A stretch of 64,000 nucleotides of DNA from Rhina ancylostomus (lineage: Eukaryota). A model generated the notes under the pieces. It searched no databases. It was not told the DNA's origin and saw only the letters and a list, made by a program, of their open reading frames with translations. Shown piece by piece: positions 1 through 10,880 of the stretch. The translations under genes and the position numbers were made by a program. Location: contig JARFYF010000002.1 in the NCBI GenBank assembly GCA_030265395.1, positions 58,946,478 through 59,010,477 on the forward strand, given 5' to 3'. Every line of letters begins with the position of its first letter. Position 1 is the first letter of the stretch.

Positions 1-710
1 GCCTCTCAAAGCACTACATGATGGTGGATGTCAGAGCCACTGTGTGGTAGTCATTAAGGCACGTTACCTTGTTTTTGTTTGGTTTCTGGGATGATATTGG
101 TCTCTTTAAAGCAGGTGAGAACCTCATATTGAAGCAGGGAGAGATTAAAAATGTCTGCAAATACCCCTGCCAGCTGATCAGCACAGGATCTGAGGACACG
201 GGCAGGGACACCATCCGGGCCAAATGCTTTCCACAGCTTCACTCTCTGGAGTGATTGTACATCCTCAATGATGACTATGGGTTCAGGTGCATGGAGGCTG
301 TGGGCATGGGTAAAATAAGATAAGATAAGATTTCTTTATTAGTCACATGTACATCGAAACGCACGGTGAAATACATCTTTTTGCGTAGTGTTCTGGGGGG
401 CAGCCCGCAAGTGTTGCCACGCTTCCGGCACCATAATAACATGCCCACAACTTCCTAACCTGTATGGCTTTGGAATGTGGGAAGAAACCAGAGCACCCAG
501 AGGAAACCCACGCAGATGCAGGGAGAACGTACAAACTCCTTCCAGACAGTGGCCGGATTTGAACACGGGTCGCTGGCGCTGTAAAGCGTTATGCTAACCA
601 CTACACTATTGTGCCTGCCAATCCACTTCTGTTCAAAATGTGCATAGAATATGCTCAGCTCATTGGGAAGGGATGTGCTTTTTTTGGCGATGCTGCCCGA
701 TTTTGTTGAA
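1..710 (-). mobile_element. Rex1/Babar-type LINE ORF2 (RT N-terminal region) fragment, degenerate, interrupted by a SINE at 311-619
   Basis: Minus-strand translations SLPNELSIFYAHFE (620-700), KAFGPDGVPARVLRSCADQLAGVFADIFNLSL and CLNDYHTVALTSTIM*CFER match Rex1-type ORF2 motifs; frameshifts and stops present. Confidence 0.85.
311..619 (-). mobile_element. tRNA-derived V-type SINE with Rex1-like 3' tail
   Basis: Minus strand: tRNA-like head (AGTGTAGTGGTTAGC...GTGTTCAAATCC), central GGGTTTCCTCTGGGTGCTCTGGTTTCTTCCCACA domain, tail CATGTGACTAATAAA followed by (ATCTT)n. Confidence 0.8.
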
Positions 711-738
711 TGAATGAATGGAGCAGGATTATGCAAGA

Positions 739-1072
739 GGGGCAGCACAGTTGCACAGCTATAGGAGCCACTGCTTTGCAGCAGCAGACATCTGGGTTCA
801 TTCTTAAACTTGGATGCCGTCTGTGTGAAATTTGCATGATCTCCCTGTGATTACATGGGTTTCCTCCAGGCCCTTTGATTTCCTCCCATATTCCAGAGAC
901 ATGCAGGTTGGTAGGTTAATTGGCTACTATAAATTACCCCTAGTTTGTATATGAGTTGTAGAATCTGAGGAGAGCTGATGAGAACATTGGATTAATATAA
1001 ATGTATGGTTCATGGTTGGCACTGACTGTAGGCCAAATGGTTTATTTCAGTGCTGTATCACTCGATGACTAA
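739..1072 (+). mobile_element. tRNA-derived V-type (HE1-like) SINE with CR1-like tail
   Basis: Head GGCAGCACAG...GGGTTCATTC, central GTCTGTGTGAAATTTGCATGATCTCCCTGTGA...GGTAGGTTAATTGGC, tail GGCCAAATGG...GTGCTGTATCACTCGATGACT. Confidence 0.8.
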
Positions 1073-3284
1073 GTACTCCATGATGATGATGATGTGAAAA
1101 CCACAAAGAGGTTCATTTCAGTTCTTTTTAATGATCTTCAAGTATCTCCTAAGATCCAGAAAACTAGTCAGAGCTCAGATTGATCTTAAGTAATTAAACA
1201 ACTGCAGTCAAAAATAGACATAGGATTTTAATTATGACATTGAAAAGAGGTCACACTGTGCTTGTCTCATGTGGGCATTGGGACTATTTAAAAGAAGCAT
1301 TTAGCACTGGTCTAAATACACATGCCAGTTGGCTGTGAATTTGTCACTGACACCCCGTAAAACCGGAAGAACAATGTTGGCTTTCTCACACAGAGTGTAA
1401 AATAAATCCCAGGGTTTGATGTAGAATCACAGCTTTAAAGTAATCAGTCAGTATATTTGCCTATTTACTGAGGATGAAAGCATTTCATCATTTCTCGGAT
1501 GTCTGAAACTTTTCCTGTCAAATCAGAAGTAGAGAAAAGGGCTGAAGAGCAAGATGCACATCAAGGTTTCGATTAGTGAAGTAATTGCTCAAAGCAATCC
1601 TGACATGAGATATAATGTTCACATGACCATGATTGCTTCACTACCAATATGTCACACTTCCTGTTTCCAAGACAAGTCCAAGATTACCTAAAAGTTAATC
1701 AAGACTGAAGGCAGACACAGAATAATCTGATTAATTGGTCTGGGAAGGAAAGAACTGACAGATTACACTGGAAATAAGATTCAGTAACAGATAGCAGAAG
1801 TCTATGTTCCTTCCCTTTCTTTTGCTTTGAATATAGTCAGGCTAGGCTACTGCTCCCATCAATAACAGGGTTCATCCAAGAAAGCACACAACTTCAGATT
1901 TATTTACTCCAAGCTCTTACATTTAGTGTATAAATTATAGAGAGTTTGTAGCACTCACAATGTTCAGACTATGTCCAATGCCTGTGACGCAGCCTGTTTT
2001 ATATCTGTTCTATTTCTCATCAAGTGCTTTGTATGATATCAGGGGCAGCAGATTTTAATATATGACAAACGATATCATCCATATTTTTTGCATTCTCTTT
2101 CCAACTGCCCCCACTCACAACAGATTTGGAGTGAATAAAATCAAATAAACACAATATAGAGATAGCAAAGTTTAAATTTTGCTTTTATCAATGACAGGAA
2201 TGATGCTTGACCTAATGCAAGTTAGACTAAACATTTCTTGTTACGCAAGGTTCAGTGAACCAAGCATTTCTAGAATAATATTTTTTTTTGCTCTCTTAGG
2301 CTAAGGGTTGCTCTTAATGAAAAATGAGAGATAATTCACTTTGCATCTATCGATGGCATTAAGCACTTCCAGGTCAGGTTGACAAATGGTGTATGCTCTG
2401 TTATTGACTTCACAGTGCAACCTCAAATTAAACTCCTGCCATAACAGAGGATATGTCAAAATGTGTTTATGCTGGTGAGTTAGTAGCACTCCACTTGACT
2501 CTACTCCAATTGTGTTCACAATGAGTCTACTACATGGATCTAATGGTAGCAGTTCTAAGGATAGGTCAGACTTCAGATGAAGATTATATTGACAAAGCTA
2601 GTTGTGACATTGAGCACCATAGAGCACCAATATCCTCTTGGTTGCTTCTAACAAATGATAACAAACACGATGCTGGTTAAATTATGGGAGGAATACAAAA
2701 GGAAGCAGTTTCGAACTAGCAACAGTTAGTTTTTGGATTTGTATCAGGAAGTTCTTATTCATAGTGCAGATGATCAGAACTTAAGAACGATAGCAAACAA
2801 TGGGTGCATTTAAAAGGTTAAATACTGTTCTGAGGGATTGGCAGAATGCATCTAATAGATGTACTAATATAGACCAAATGTTTAGAGAATGGGAGCAAAA
2901 TTCAAAAACTTGATTAAAAATATCAACTTTCATCTTTTNNNNNNNNNNNNNNNNNNNNNNNNNNNNNNNNNNNNNNNNNNNNNNNNNNNNNNNNNNNNNN
3001 NNNNNNNNNNNNNNNNNNNNNNNNNNNNNNNNNNNNNNTTTCTTTTCTCCTTGATTAATCTCCACGAGATAGTTGGTGCCATTAAAGAGATCCTGTTAAG
3101 GTAATAGCCAGATTCATTATTTTATCTAGTATTCCTTTTCATACTTGAAAGGTTATTGATGGCACCATCATTCCTCAGTTAAATTACTCCTTTCCCCTTG
3201 CTCTCTATTTATGTTTTCACTCAAAGTAAGCTTGAATGCAGCAATTTCAGATAACCAGCCTTTCCTGTCTGTGGTCAGGACTGG

Positions 3285-3990
3285 TTGTTTCTGATGTTAC
3301 ATTAACTCAGTTCTTCTCTCTTAATAAATGCTACCTGATCTACTGGGTATTTCCAGCATTTCTTTTAATTCAGATTTCCAGCAACCACTGCATTTTGCAT
3401 CTCTCAATTCCAGTATTATTTCCCCCCCTATCTATTGCCCTCTTTCGTCCACCTCTTTGTACTCCTCTAACCAGATCAGCTGTGATTGACAAACATTCAT
3501 AGTCCACTCCTTGATGACATCAACAGCGTTTACGTCACCTGGACAATCTTGGTCTCCACCCTTTGCAGACATTCCCTTTGTTCTTTCCACCCATCGCCTT
3601 GTAAAGCACAGTTGTTTTCTCCCTTTCCCAGTTCTGATGAAAGATCATCGACTTGAAATATGAGCTTCATATCCCCAGTTCCAGCATGTATTTTTCCCTT
3701 TCTGGTTCTCTCATTCATCTGCTTCTATTTACTATCATCCAGACAGATCAACTTTCTCTCTTAGTCAATGCCAAAAACAATTGTGTAACCTGGAGAGTCT
3801 TAGTCTGCACCATATCATAGACATTCCCTTTGTTCTCCCCATCCCTGACCCTCTGTACAACTTAGAACACACTTGTTTTCTCAACTTTCCAAATCTGATG
3901 AAAGGTCATTGAGCTGAAGCGTTAACTCTGTTTCCCCTCTCTGCGGACATAACCTGACCTATTGAGTACCCCAAGTATTTTCTGTTTTTT
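3285..3990 (+). mobile_element. Cluster of Penelope-type terminal-repeat fragments with two decayed hammerhead motifs (3629-3665, 3890-3930)
   Basis: Repeated unit ...CTGATGAAAGGTCATTGA(G/C)CTGAA(A/G)CGTTAACTCTGTTTC...GATGCT(G/A)CCTGA(C/T)CT...GAGTA...TTTTCTGTTTT; CUGAUGA/GAAA core visible. Confidence 0.65.
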
Positions 3991-6257
3991 CTCTTGGTGC
4001 ATGAACCTATTGGTGGTCACATGAGTTTGATTCAAGTTGGCAATTAGCTGAAGTTGACTCATGTATTATTGGCAGATTCTACCTATTTTATATGATGTCC
4101 ATGTCTTTATTCTGGATTTGTTTATCAACAAGTATAAACTTTCATTAACCAGACTTTAAGCTGTATTTTTCCACAAACAAAGGTTGCCTGTGCAAACTGT
4201 GTTTTCTTCATACAGATGTCTTCATACAGTTCTCTGCTTAGAATCTACCCTTCCTATTTAAGTGATTAGCTGTTGTAATATTGTACATTTTAACTGCTAA
4301 AAGCACTGTTTTCCAACTTGACACACTGTTCACAGACAGAATATGTCAATTAAAAGACAAAACATCTTTAGAATTACTAGAACAGACGCGGTTCATGATA
4401 ACAATTGGAGGGAGTCTGAGTAATTGCGGCTGTCCTGATTTTGCCACTGTACATACCCATGATAAAGTTAACTTTCATCATTTTCTTTTAATCTTTAGTG
4501 GTTTTGGATTTCTGTGAAAGCAAGCTGATATCAAGAAACATAAACTTTGAAGAAGTGGTGTGTTTTGCAAAGCATGGTGTGAAAGCATACAACTTCCAAT
4601 TTGTGTTGCTAATATGATCTTCATGACTAAGAAACCCAGGAAACAATGGCACAGAATTGCTGCTTTTGTGTAGTTTAGAAGGCTAGTAACCAATTAAGGG
4701 AAGGAGTGGCCTTGACTATTACACATCGGTGTTTTCAGAGCACTCTGGAGACTTTGTTGATTTTATTGGCATCACTGAATTTAGATTGTGTAAGAAACAT
4801 CCCCATACAGTTTCAGGAACACCATAGCAACAAACAGAGTCATTTTAGTTTGGCATTGGTGTAAAAAAAGTCAGTACTCTTTGAATGACCATTGTATACT
4901 TTATGTATTTTCTTTGATTGACATCAATAAAACTGAAAATCAGATGTATATAATGTCCAATTTACAATTCCAACCTCTTATGGTGATATAACTTCTGAGC
5001 TGTAAGGATAAGAAGCCCAACAATTCTTAAATGACCGTATTCTTGAAGGGCCACCTAACACAGACATTTTTAATAATGGCTGACTGTCCTGCATACTGTG
5101 AGTGAAGAAATGGGGCAGAATGAGCTGCCTCTTGGGATTTCTATCCTGCAGAGATTCCATGATTCTCAAACATGGTTTGGATAACAACATTCCTTCTGCT
5201 CATAGCCTCCTCTCCCTCTACCTTGTATGCTCTAATTTGATGGACCAAGACTATCTGTGTCTAACATACCAATTGACATGGCACACTCCACGTTTATGCC
5301 TTTCCAAATTTGTGAAGCCACAGTTAGAGCACTTCAAACAGAACTTGCTGGCTTCCTGTTGCTGCTATCAGTTTTTATGTAGACCAGCCTGTGTTGTTGT
5401 GTTTCTATCACTCCCTAAACATTGCTTAACCGTGGCTTTTCCCCATTCATAAATTACACAAAAAGTCAAGGTGGAAGGAAAGAAGTTTGTTGGGGAAAGA
5501 GCAGGCTGAAACAATGGGTCTTCCCTGACAATGCTTCTTGTGGATCTTGGGCAGGAGGTAGAAGCAGCCTGCAGGCTATGGAGGGAAGATCTCCTGAGGA
5601 AATGAGGTCCATGGGTGTCCTGTGGCAGATTTATCAAGGGAGATCATCATAATCTTCTCAATTTGACATATACTGTTTGTGTTGCTTGTATATTTTTAGA
5701 GAATGTTGTCTTTCAATTTTAAATTAAAGGACACTGGTGAAGGGTTAGCTGTAAAACTAAAGAAAAAAATGGATTACTGTTTTGGGCAGAATTTTCCATC
5801 AGGACTGTTAGTCACATGTACTGTTGAGAGTAACATTCTGCAAAGTGACTTTTTTCTAGCTCTTCCTTGATTTGTGATGGTGCCTTATCTGTATGTCTCT
5901 GTTTAGTCATCTTTGCTCACAGTCTAGTTCAAGTCAGAAACTTATCATAAAGTTCTGGTGGGTACCAATACAATCTATTCACTGACACAGACATTCCCAG
6001 CAACACCCATTAAAAGTGTTTTATTTATATAATATAAACAATTTTTTTCCATCAATAATACCTCTATGGTCTGTTATCTATCTATTTGCTTGTCAAATCT
6101 GTTGCCAACTTTTTTTCTCATTGGTTAAATTCCAAAGATTTCTCCTTTAGAATTATTATTTTTGTCTACTTTTGGCATTAATGCAATCATATTGCACAAA
6201 ACATTTTCTCCCGAGCACTAAAAATTTTCTACATACTTGTAATCCAGAAACTGTTTG

Positions 6258-6502
6258 GCCCTCTCTCCCTCTCTCCCTCTCTCCCTCTCTCCCTCTCTCC
6301 CTCTCTCCCTCTCTCCCTCTCTCCCNNNNNNNNNNNNNNNNNNNNNNNNNNNNNNNNNNNNNNNNNNNNNNNNNNNNNNNNNNNNNNNNNNNNNNNNNNN
6401 NNNNNNNNNNNNNNNNNNNNNNNNNCTCCCTCTCTCCCTCTCTCCCTCTCTCCCTCTCTCCCTCTCTCCCTCTCTCCCTCTCTCCCTCTCTCCCTCTCTC
6501 CC
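6258..6502 (+). repeat. (CCCTCTCT)n octamer microsatellite spanning an N gap
   Basis: Direct perfect tandem repeat on both sides of the gap. Confidence 0.97.
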
Positions 6503-6864
6503 CACACTGAAAGCATCTATTTCTCGTAATAAACATAAAAAGTCAATTCAGATCACAATCTCTTCCTCTTTTTCTGTTGCTGTAACTTTGCTGACAGTTC
6601 AGTGGAAGCCTTCTTTATGTGTTTAGAATGAAGGACCAATTTTAATTCTGGATCAGTTTAAGGCATGTGGGCATTTTGTTTCAGTTTAAAACTTATGTAC
6701 CCAGCCAAAACCAGACCGAGATTGTTAAAGGAGCAAAACTGAGCCTGGAAGGACACACATTTTGGTGTTGCAAGCTCCTTGATCTCCAAAATATGGCTCT
6801 GCATTGCATGTACAGTTCTGATGCGAAGAATTCAGGATTGCATCTTCATAAAAGTCCAGAAGGA

Positions 6865-6990
6865 AACCATTGCAGACGTTGGAAATCTGAAATTTAAAAA
6901 TAGAAAATATTGGGACTACTCAGCAAGTCACACAACATATGTAAGTTTCCTGCTCCTTTCTGGCTGAGTATCTCCATTATTTTCTGAATT
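6865..6990. mobile_element. Fold-back (inverted) pair of Penelope-type terminal fragments
   Basis: AGAAAATATTGGGACTACTCAGC (6902-6924) is imperfectly complementary to GCTGAGTATCTCCATTATTTTCT (6963-6985); same motif as the 3285-3990 and 22490-23075 units. Confidence 0.55.
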
Positions 6991-7149
6991 TAAACTTTGT
7001 AAATGTGTTTGCTTGCCTGCACATTTGATGGCAAGATGCAGAGGCTAATTGTGGTATCAATGAGCTTGTGTTGTTGATTTAACATCAGTTATTATATTTT
7101 GTAGTTGAGACTTCAGCCTGCGCATTTACTTAACTTACAGACAGCAGAA

Positions 7150-7985
7150 CATGATGGTATCTGGCATGAAATAGTCAGTCACTACCATCAAAAACACTAT
7201 TCAGAAGGATTAAGGGTTGTGTTCAGAGTAATAGCTGGTTTATTTCCTCTGGATTAGTGGGATGGAATTGAGGAAAAATTTCCTTACTCATAGGATGTGT
7301 TGTGCCACAGTTAAGTGGGATTGTTCACAGATCCGATAGAAATAAGCCTTGCACACGCAGTACTGCACACCACACACTTTATTGCTAAGTTACAACAAGT
7401 AGTACTTATCACGGAAGTGCGCCTGAGCCCGTTTAACTGCAGCGTCCCGTTCCAGTTGGTCCACAGTGTCAGTCGCGACCTGGGCTTTAGTGAGCCCAAA
7501 TGCAACAGAGACCTTACCACAGATGTGCTCACTCTTTTATGCCCTGGTCACTTCTCAGAACCCCTACCTGGGTCTATCCTTTGTTCAGGTTGACCCATCA
7601 CATGACCATTGCCTTGGGCACTGCAGGCTCACGTCTGCAGAGACAATACCTTGGTTACTGAGTACCCAGGTCAACCTCCCGCCACCCTACCACCACCCCC
7701 CCTCCACACACACACGCACACACACATTTGATCTCAGCAATTGTTCCTTGAGGTCTCTGGCCAACATTTCAAGATTTTTTCTGCATGATAATGACTGGAA
7801 TTCACTTCTCTGGACACTTATTCATTGATTTCATTCAAAACTGAGATTGATAGACTTTTTGTATACTAGATGAATTATGGGATATAGCAGGAAAATTTTG
7901 TTGAAGTGAAAGATCAGCCATGATCTTGTAGTGTATGCTTGAAGGGCTGAATGGCCTACACCTATTTCTACTTATGTTCTTGCTG
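7150..7985 (+). mobile_element. CR1 LINE 3' end, split by an LTR-like insertion
   Basis: GAGGAAAAATTTCCTTACTCATAGG (left) continues as TTCAAAACTGAGATTGATAGAC...GATCAGCCATGATCTT...GGGCTGAATGGCCTAC...TTATGTTCTT (right), the CR1 3' region of shark-type elements. Confidence 0.7.
7298..7766 (-). mobile_element. Candidate LTR (family C), about 469 bp
   Basis: TGTTG...CAACA termini; minus-strand TATA-like CATAAAAG (7534-7541) followed by AATAAA (7378-7383); CpG-rich relative to flanks; inside a CR1; no TSD resolved. Confidence 0.55.
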
Positions 7986-8683
7986 TGGCTGACATCTTAT
8001 TTATGTTAGGTCTTTGTTTAAAGTTACAATAATTTTCAGTGAAATGTATGGTAGCTTCAGAAATCCATTTCATGATTTCAATCTTTCCATACAAGCTAAT
8101 TGCTCCCAAATCCAAGTTGACAAGTAGGCCCTGCACAAGGAAAGTCATTGCAGAGAAGGGCAAGGTGTCACAGGAGAGAGGACAATGAGAGGAGAAGGTC
8201 TCTTGGCAGAAGGTCTTATCTACAGAGACCCTTTGTGAAACAATTCTCCTTCCTGAACTTAAGTGACAAGCAATGCTTGGGACGATTGCTCTGTATCCCT
8301 AAAGAGATCATCATTATAATACCACCTTCTGCAGCTGCAATTTTAGGGCCAATAACCAAAAGGTGATGCAGGACTTCTGTCCAAGATTTTCTACACAGTA
8401 TGCTACTATTTACGCAGTTAACTACATAACTGACCTAAAGGTTAAGGTGACTAAGAATATGTTACAATCCCAGACATGGTAATTGTTGTACATGCCACAG
8501 TACAACTTTTGTGTTATTCCACAGGGACAAGTAAATAAATGTACAAGACACTCAGTGGTAATTGTAATTAATTTAGAAATATTAGTTGTGAATTCATTGA
8601 TGTCAGCTTTGTAAATACAAATACAGGAGAGCTTCACAAAGCCATTCATGGGGTATCGTAATGTTGTGTTTGTTACTGGACTA

Positions 8684-8767
8684 TTTCTGCCTGTGATGCT
8701 GCTGCGTTAGTTTTTCATTGCACCTGTGCATACATATGCTTGTGTATATGACAATAAACTCGACTTT
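8684..8767 (+). mobile_element. Short 5'-truncated Rex1-type 3' tail
   Basis: TTTTTCATTGCACCTGTGCATAC...ATGACAATAAACTCGACTTT flanked by GACTA direct repeats (8679-8683, 8768-8772). Confidence 0.6.
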
Positions 8768-8851
8768 GACTAGCATCCAGAGGATTAGATCATTGATCCA
8801 GAATTTTGGCTTGAAACCCATCATGGCAACAGTGATTTTATATGACAGTAA

Positions 8852-8865
8852 TGTTACGGACTAGG

Positions 8866-8940
<75 letters not shown>

Positions 8941-9447
8941 NNNNNNNNNNNNNNNNNNNNNNNNNNNNNNNNNNNNNNNNNNNNNNNNNNNNNNNNNNNN
9001 NNNNNNNNNNNNNNNNNNNNNNNNNNNNNNNNNNNNNNNNGCAGACACGTCAAGATGAAGAAGTGGAGTTCACCTGGTTGTTGACCTGTCGAAGGAAACA
9101 GGTAGTTGGTGTGGACGTCCACGATACTCTCTATTATCTCTCTGCATCTACGTTTTATCTCCAGACAACGGTGGTTGTTGAAGAAGCCTTTACACATGTT
9201 TTACCTTATGGCATGCTGAACTGAACTTTAAGAAGCATTCCTGGATGTGGAGTTTGGGAATTTGCCACACACACACGACAAGTTTAGTTAGTTTTTGGGG
9301 GCTAATGTTCAAGGTTTAACATTTTTACTTCTAACGTTCTAACATTTTTACTTTTCTTTTACTTATTATCATAAGTAGTTATTAATAAAGTAGATTTTAA
9401 CACTTATACATGACTTGGTGTGTTTCTTTTGTTGCTGGTACGTAACA
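8852..9447 (+). mobile_element. Solo LTR (family B, Ty3/Gypsy-like)
   Basis: 7-bp inverted termini TGTTACG...CGTAACA, 4-bp TSD GTAA (8848-8851, 9448-9451), AATAAA near 9384; second copy starts at 53406. Confidence 0.9.
8868..8940 (+). repeat. (GT)n microsatellite inside LTR family B
   Basis: Perfect dinucleotide run ending at an N gap. Confidence 0.97.
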
Positions 9448-10319
9448 GTAATTAAATAAATCTGGAATAAAAAAGTTGGGAATGATTGTAAGTAATTTTT
9501 ATTTGAAATAACTACCAATCATAAAAAAAATCCATCCAATACACCAGCATCCTTCAGGTGAGGTAATCTGCTGTCCTTACTCCCACTGGCCTATATGTGA
9601 CTCCAGATTCACAGCAATGTGATTTATTCTTAACTACCTCCCAAATGACATTACAAGCCACACAGTTCAGGGTTAATTAGGCAAGGACAATAAATGCTGG
9701 GCTTGGCAATGGTGCCCATATTCTGTGAACAAATAAATAATAAAATAATAACACTGACACAAGGTGAACAGGGATAGAGTCATTTCCAAAAAAGTAATTT
9801 GCTTAATGTGAGTATTCTTAAAAGCAATAAACTGAAGAAGAGCACTGGCACCTAACCACTGTCCCACAAGCTAAGTCTGTACAACAGGAAGAAGCTGGCT
9901 CCAAACTCAGCAGTTGTTCCCCAGTCATCAGGGCATTCTGAATGTTCATTTCACTGGGGTTGGGGTAAAACAAGCTCAGAGCCCCACTCATGAAGCAGCT
10001 GTCAGTTTCCTTAAATGGTCTGACATACAAACAATGCAAAAACTATATAAAAACAATTATATTAAGACACTTGAAAAATTATTTCAGAAAGTCAGATTAA
10101 AATTAAAAAGCTAACACACAAAAACACTTAAACATTTCAATGCATTGAAATATACTCAAACAATAAACTACACTGTCAATTTCTTGCAGCCATTGGAATC
10201 AATAGAGGTTCTTTGAGTTTAAATACTGGGGTACTACACGTTTATGCTCCACTGATGGAGTACCTGAGGAATTCTGATTTGCAGCAAAACCATGATAAAT
10301 ACCATGGACAACTCTCAGA

Positions 10320-10880
10320 AAGTGTGAGAATATAACAAAAGAGGAACAGAAGTAGGCCAATTGACCCCTCAAGCTAGCTCTGCCATTCAATATGATCATA
10401 GCAGATCCAATCTTGGCCTCAACACCAGTTTCCCCCTCCTTCCTCAAACCCTCCAAATAGCTTAACTGTTTGTCAATCTCTGACTTGGATATATTAAATA
10501 ATTGAGTATGCACAGCTCTCATGGACAATTCCAAAGTTTCACAGCCCTCAGAGAGAAGAAATTCTTTCTCATCTCCATTTTAAATGGGTGACACCTTATT
10601 CTGAAACTATGTCCCCTAGTTCCTGATAATCCCTCCAGAGGAAACATCCCCTCAACATCCACCCTATCAATCCCCCTGAGGATCACTTCACATCCTTCTT
10701 ACTCCAATAAGTACTGGCCCAGTGTGATCAACCTCTCTTAAATGTCAATCACTTCATCCCAGTAATAAACCGAGTGAACTTACTCTGCCCTATCCCGAGT
10801 TCAGAACATTGTCCCTTAAGTATCAAGAACAAAACTGAATGCATGGGTATGCTACCAGCAATATGCAGAACTGCAGGAAA
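10320..10880 (-). mobile_element. CR1 LINE 3' fragment
   Basis: Reverse complement of CR1 3' end: GAAGTAGGCCAATTGACCCCTCAAG...CCATTCAATATGATCAT...GAGAAGAAATTCTTTCTCATCTCCATTTTAAATGGG...CTGAAACTATGTCCCCTAGTTC. Confidence 0.8.

Larger units (their letters stand above)
8655..9745 (+). mobile_element. tRNA-derived SINE with Crack/L2-like tail, carrying two nested insertions
   Basis: Head GTTACTGGACTA..ATCCAGAGG..., body TAATTAAATAAATCTGGAATAAAA...CCTTCAGG..AATCTGCTGTCCTTAC...GTGACTCCAG, tail GGACAATAAATGCTGGGCTTGGCA; another copy on the minus strand at 47735-47900. Confidence 0.75.

Noticed and set aside
540-619. tRNA gene (also 49003-49085, 38054-38110)
   Set aside because: A/B-box-like heads continue into SINE bodies and do not form a complete cloverleaf
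6156-6626. Long ORFs over low-complexity runs and gaps (also 8838-9224, 26571-26992, 28612-29070)
   Set aside because: Open only because of microsatellites and N runs
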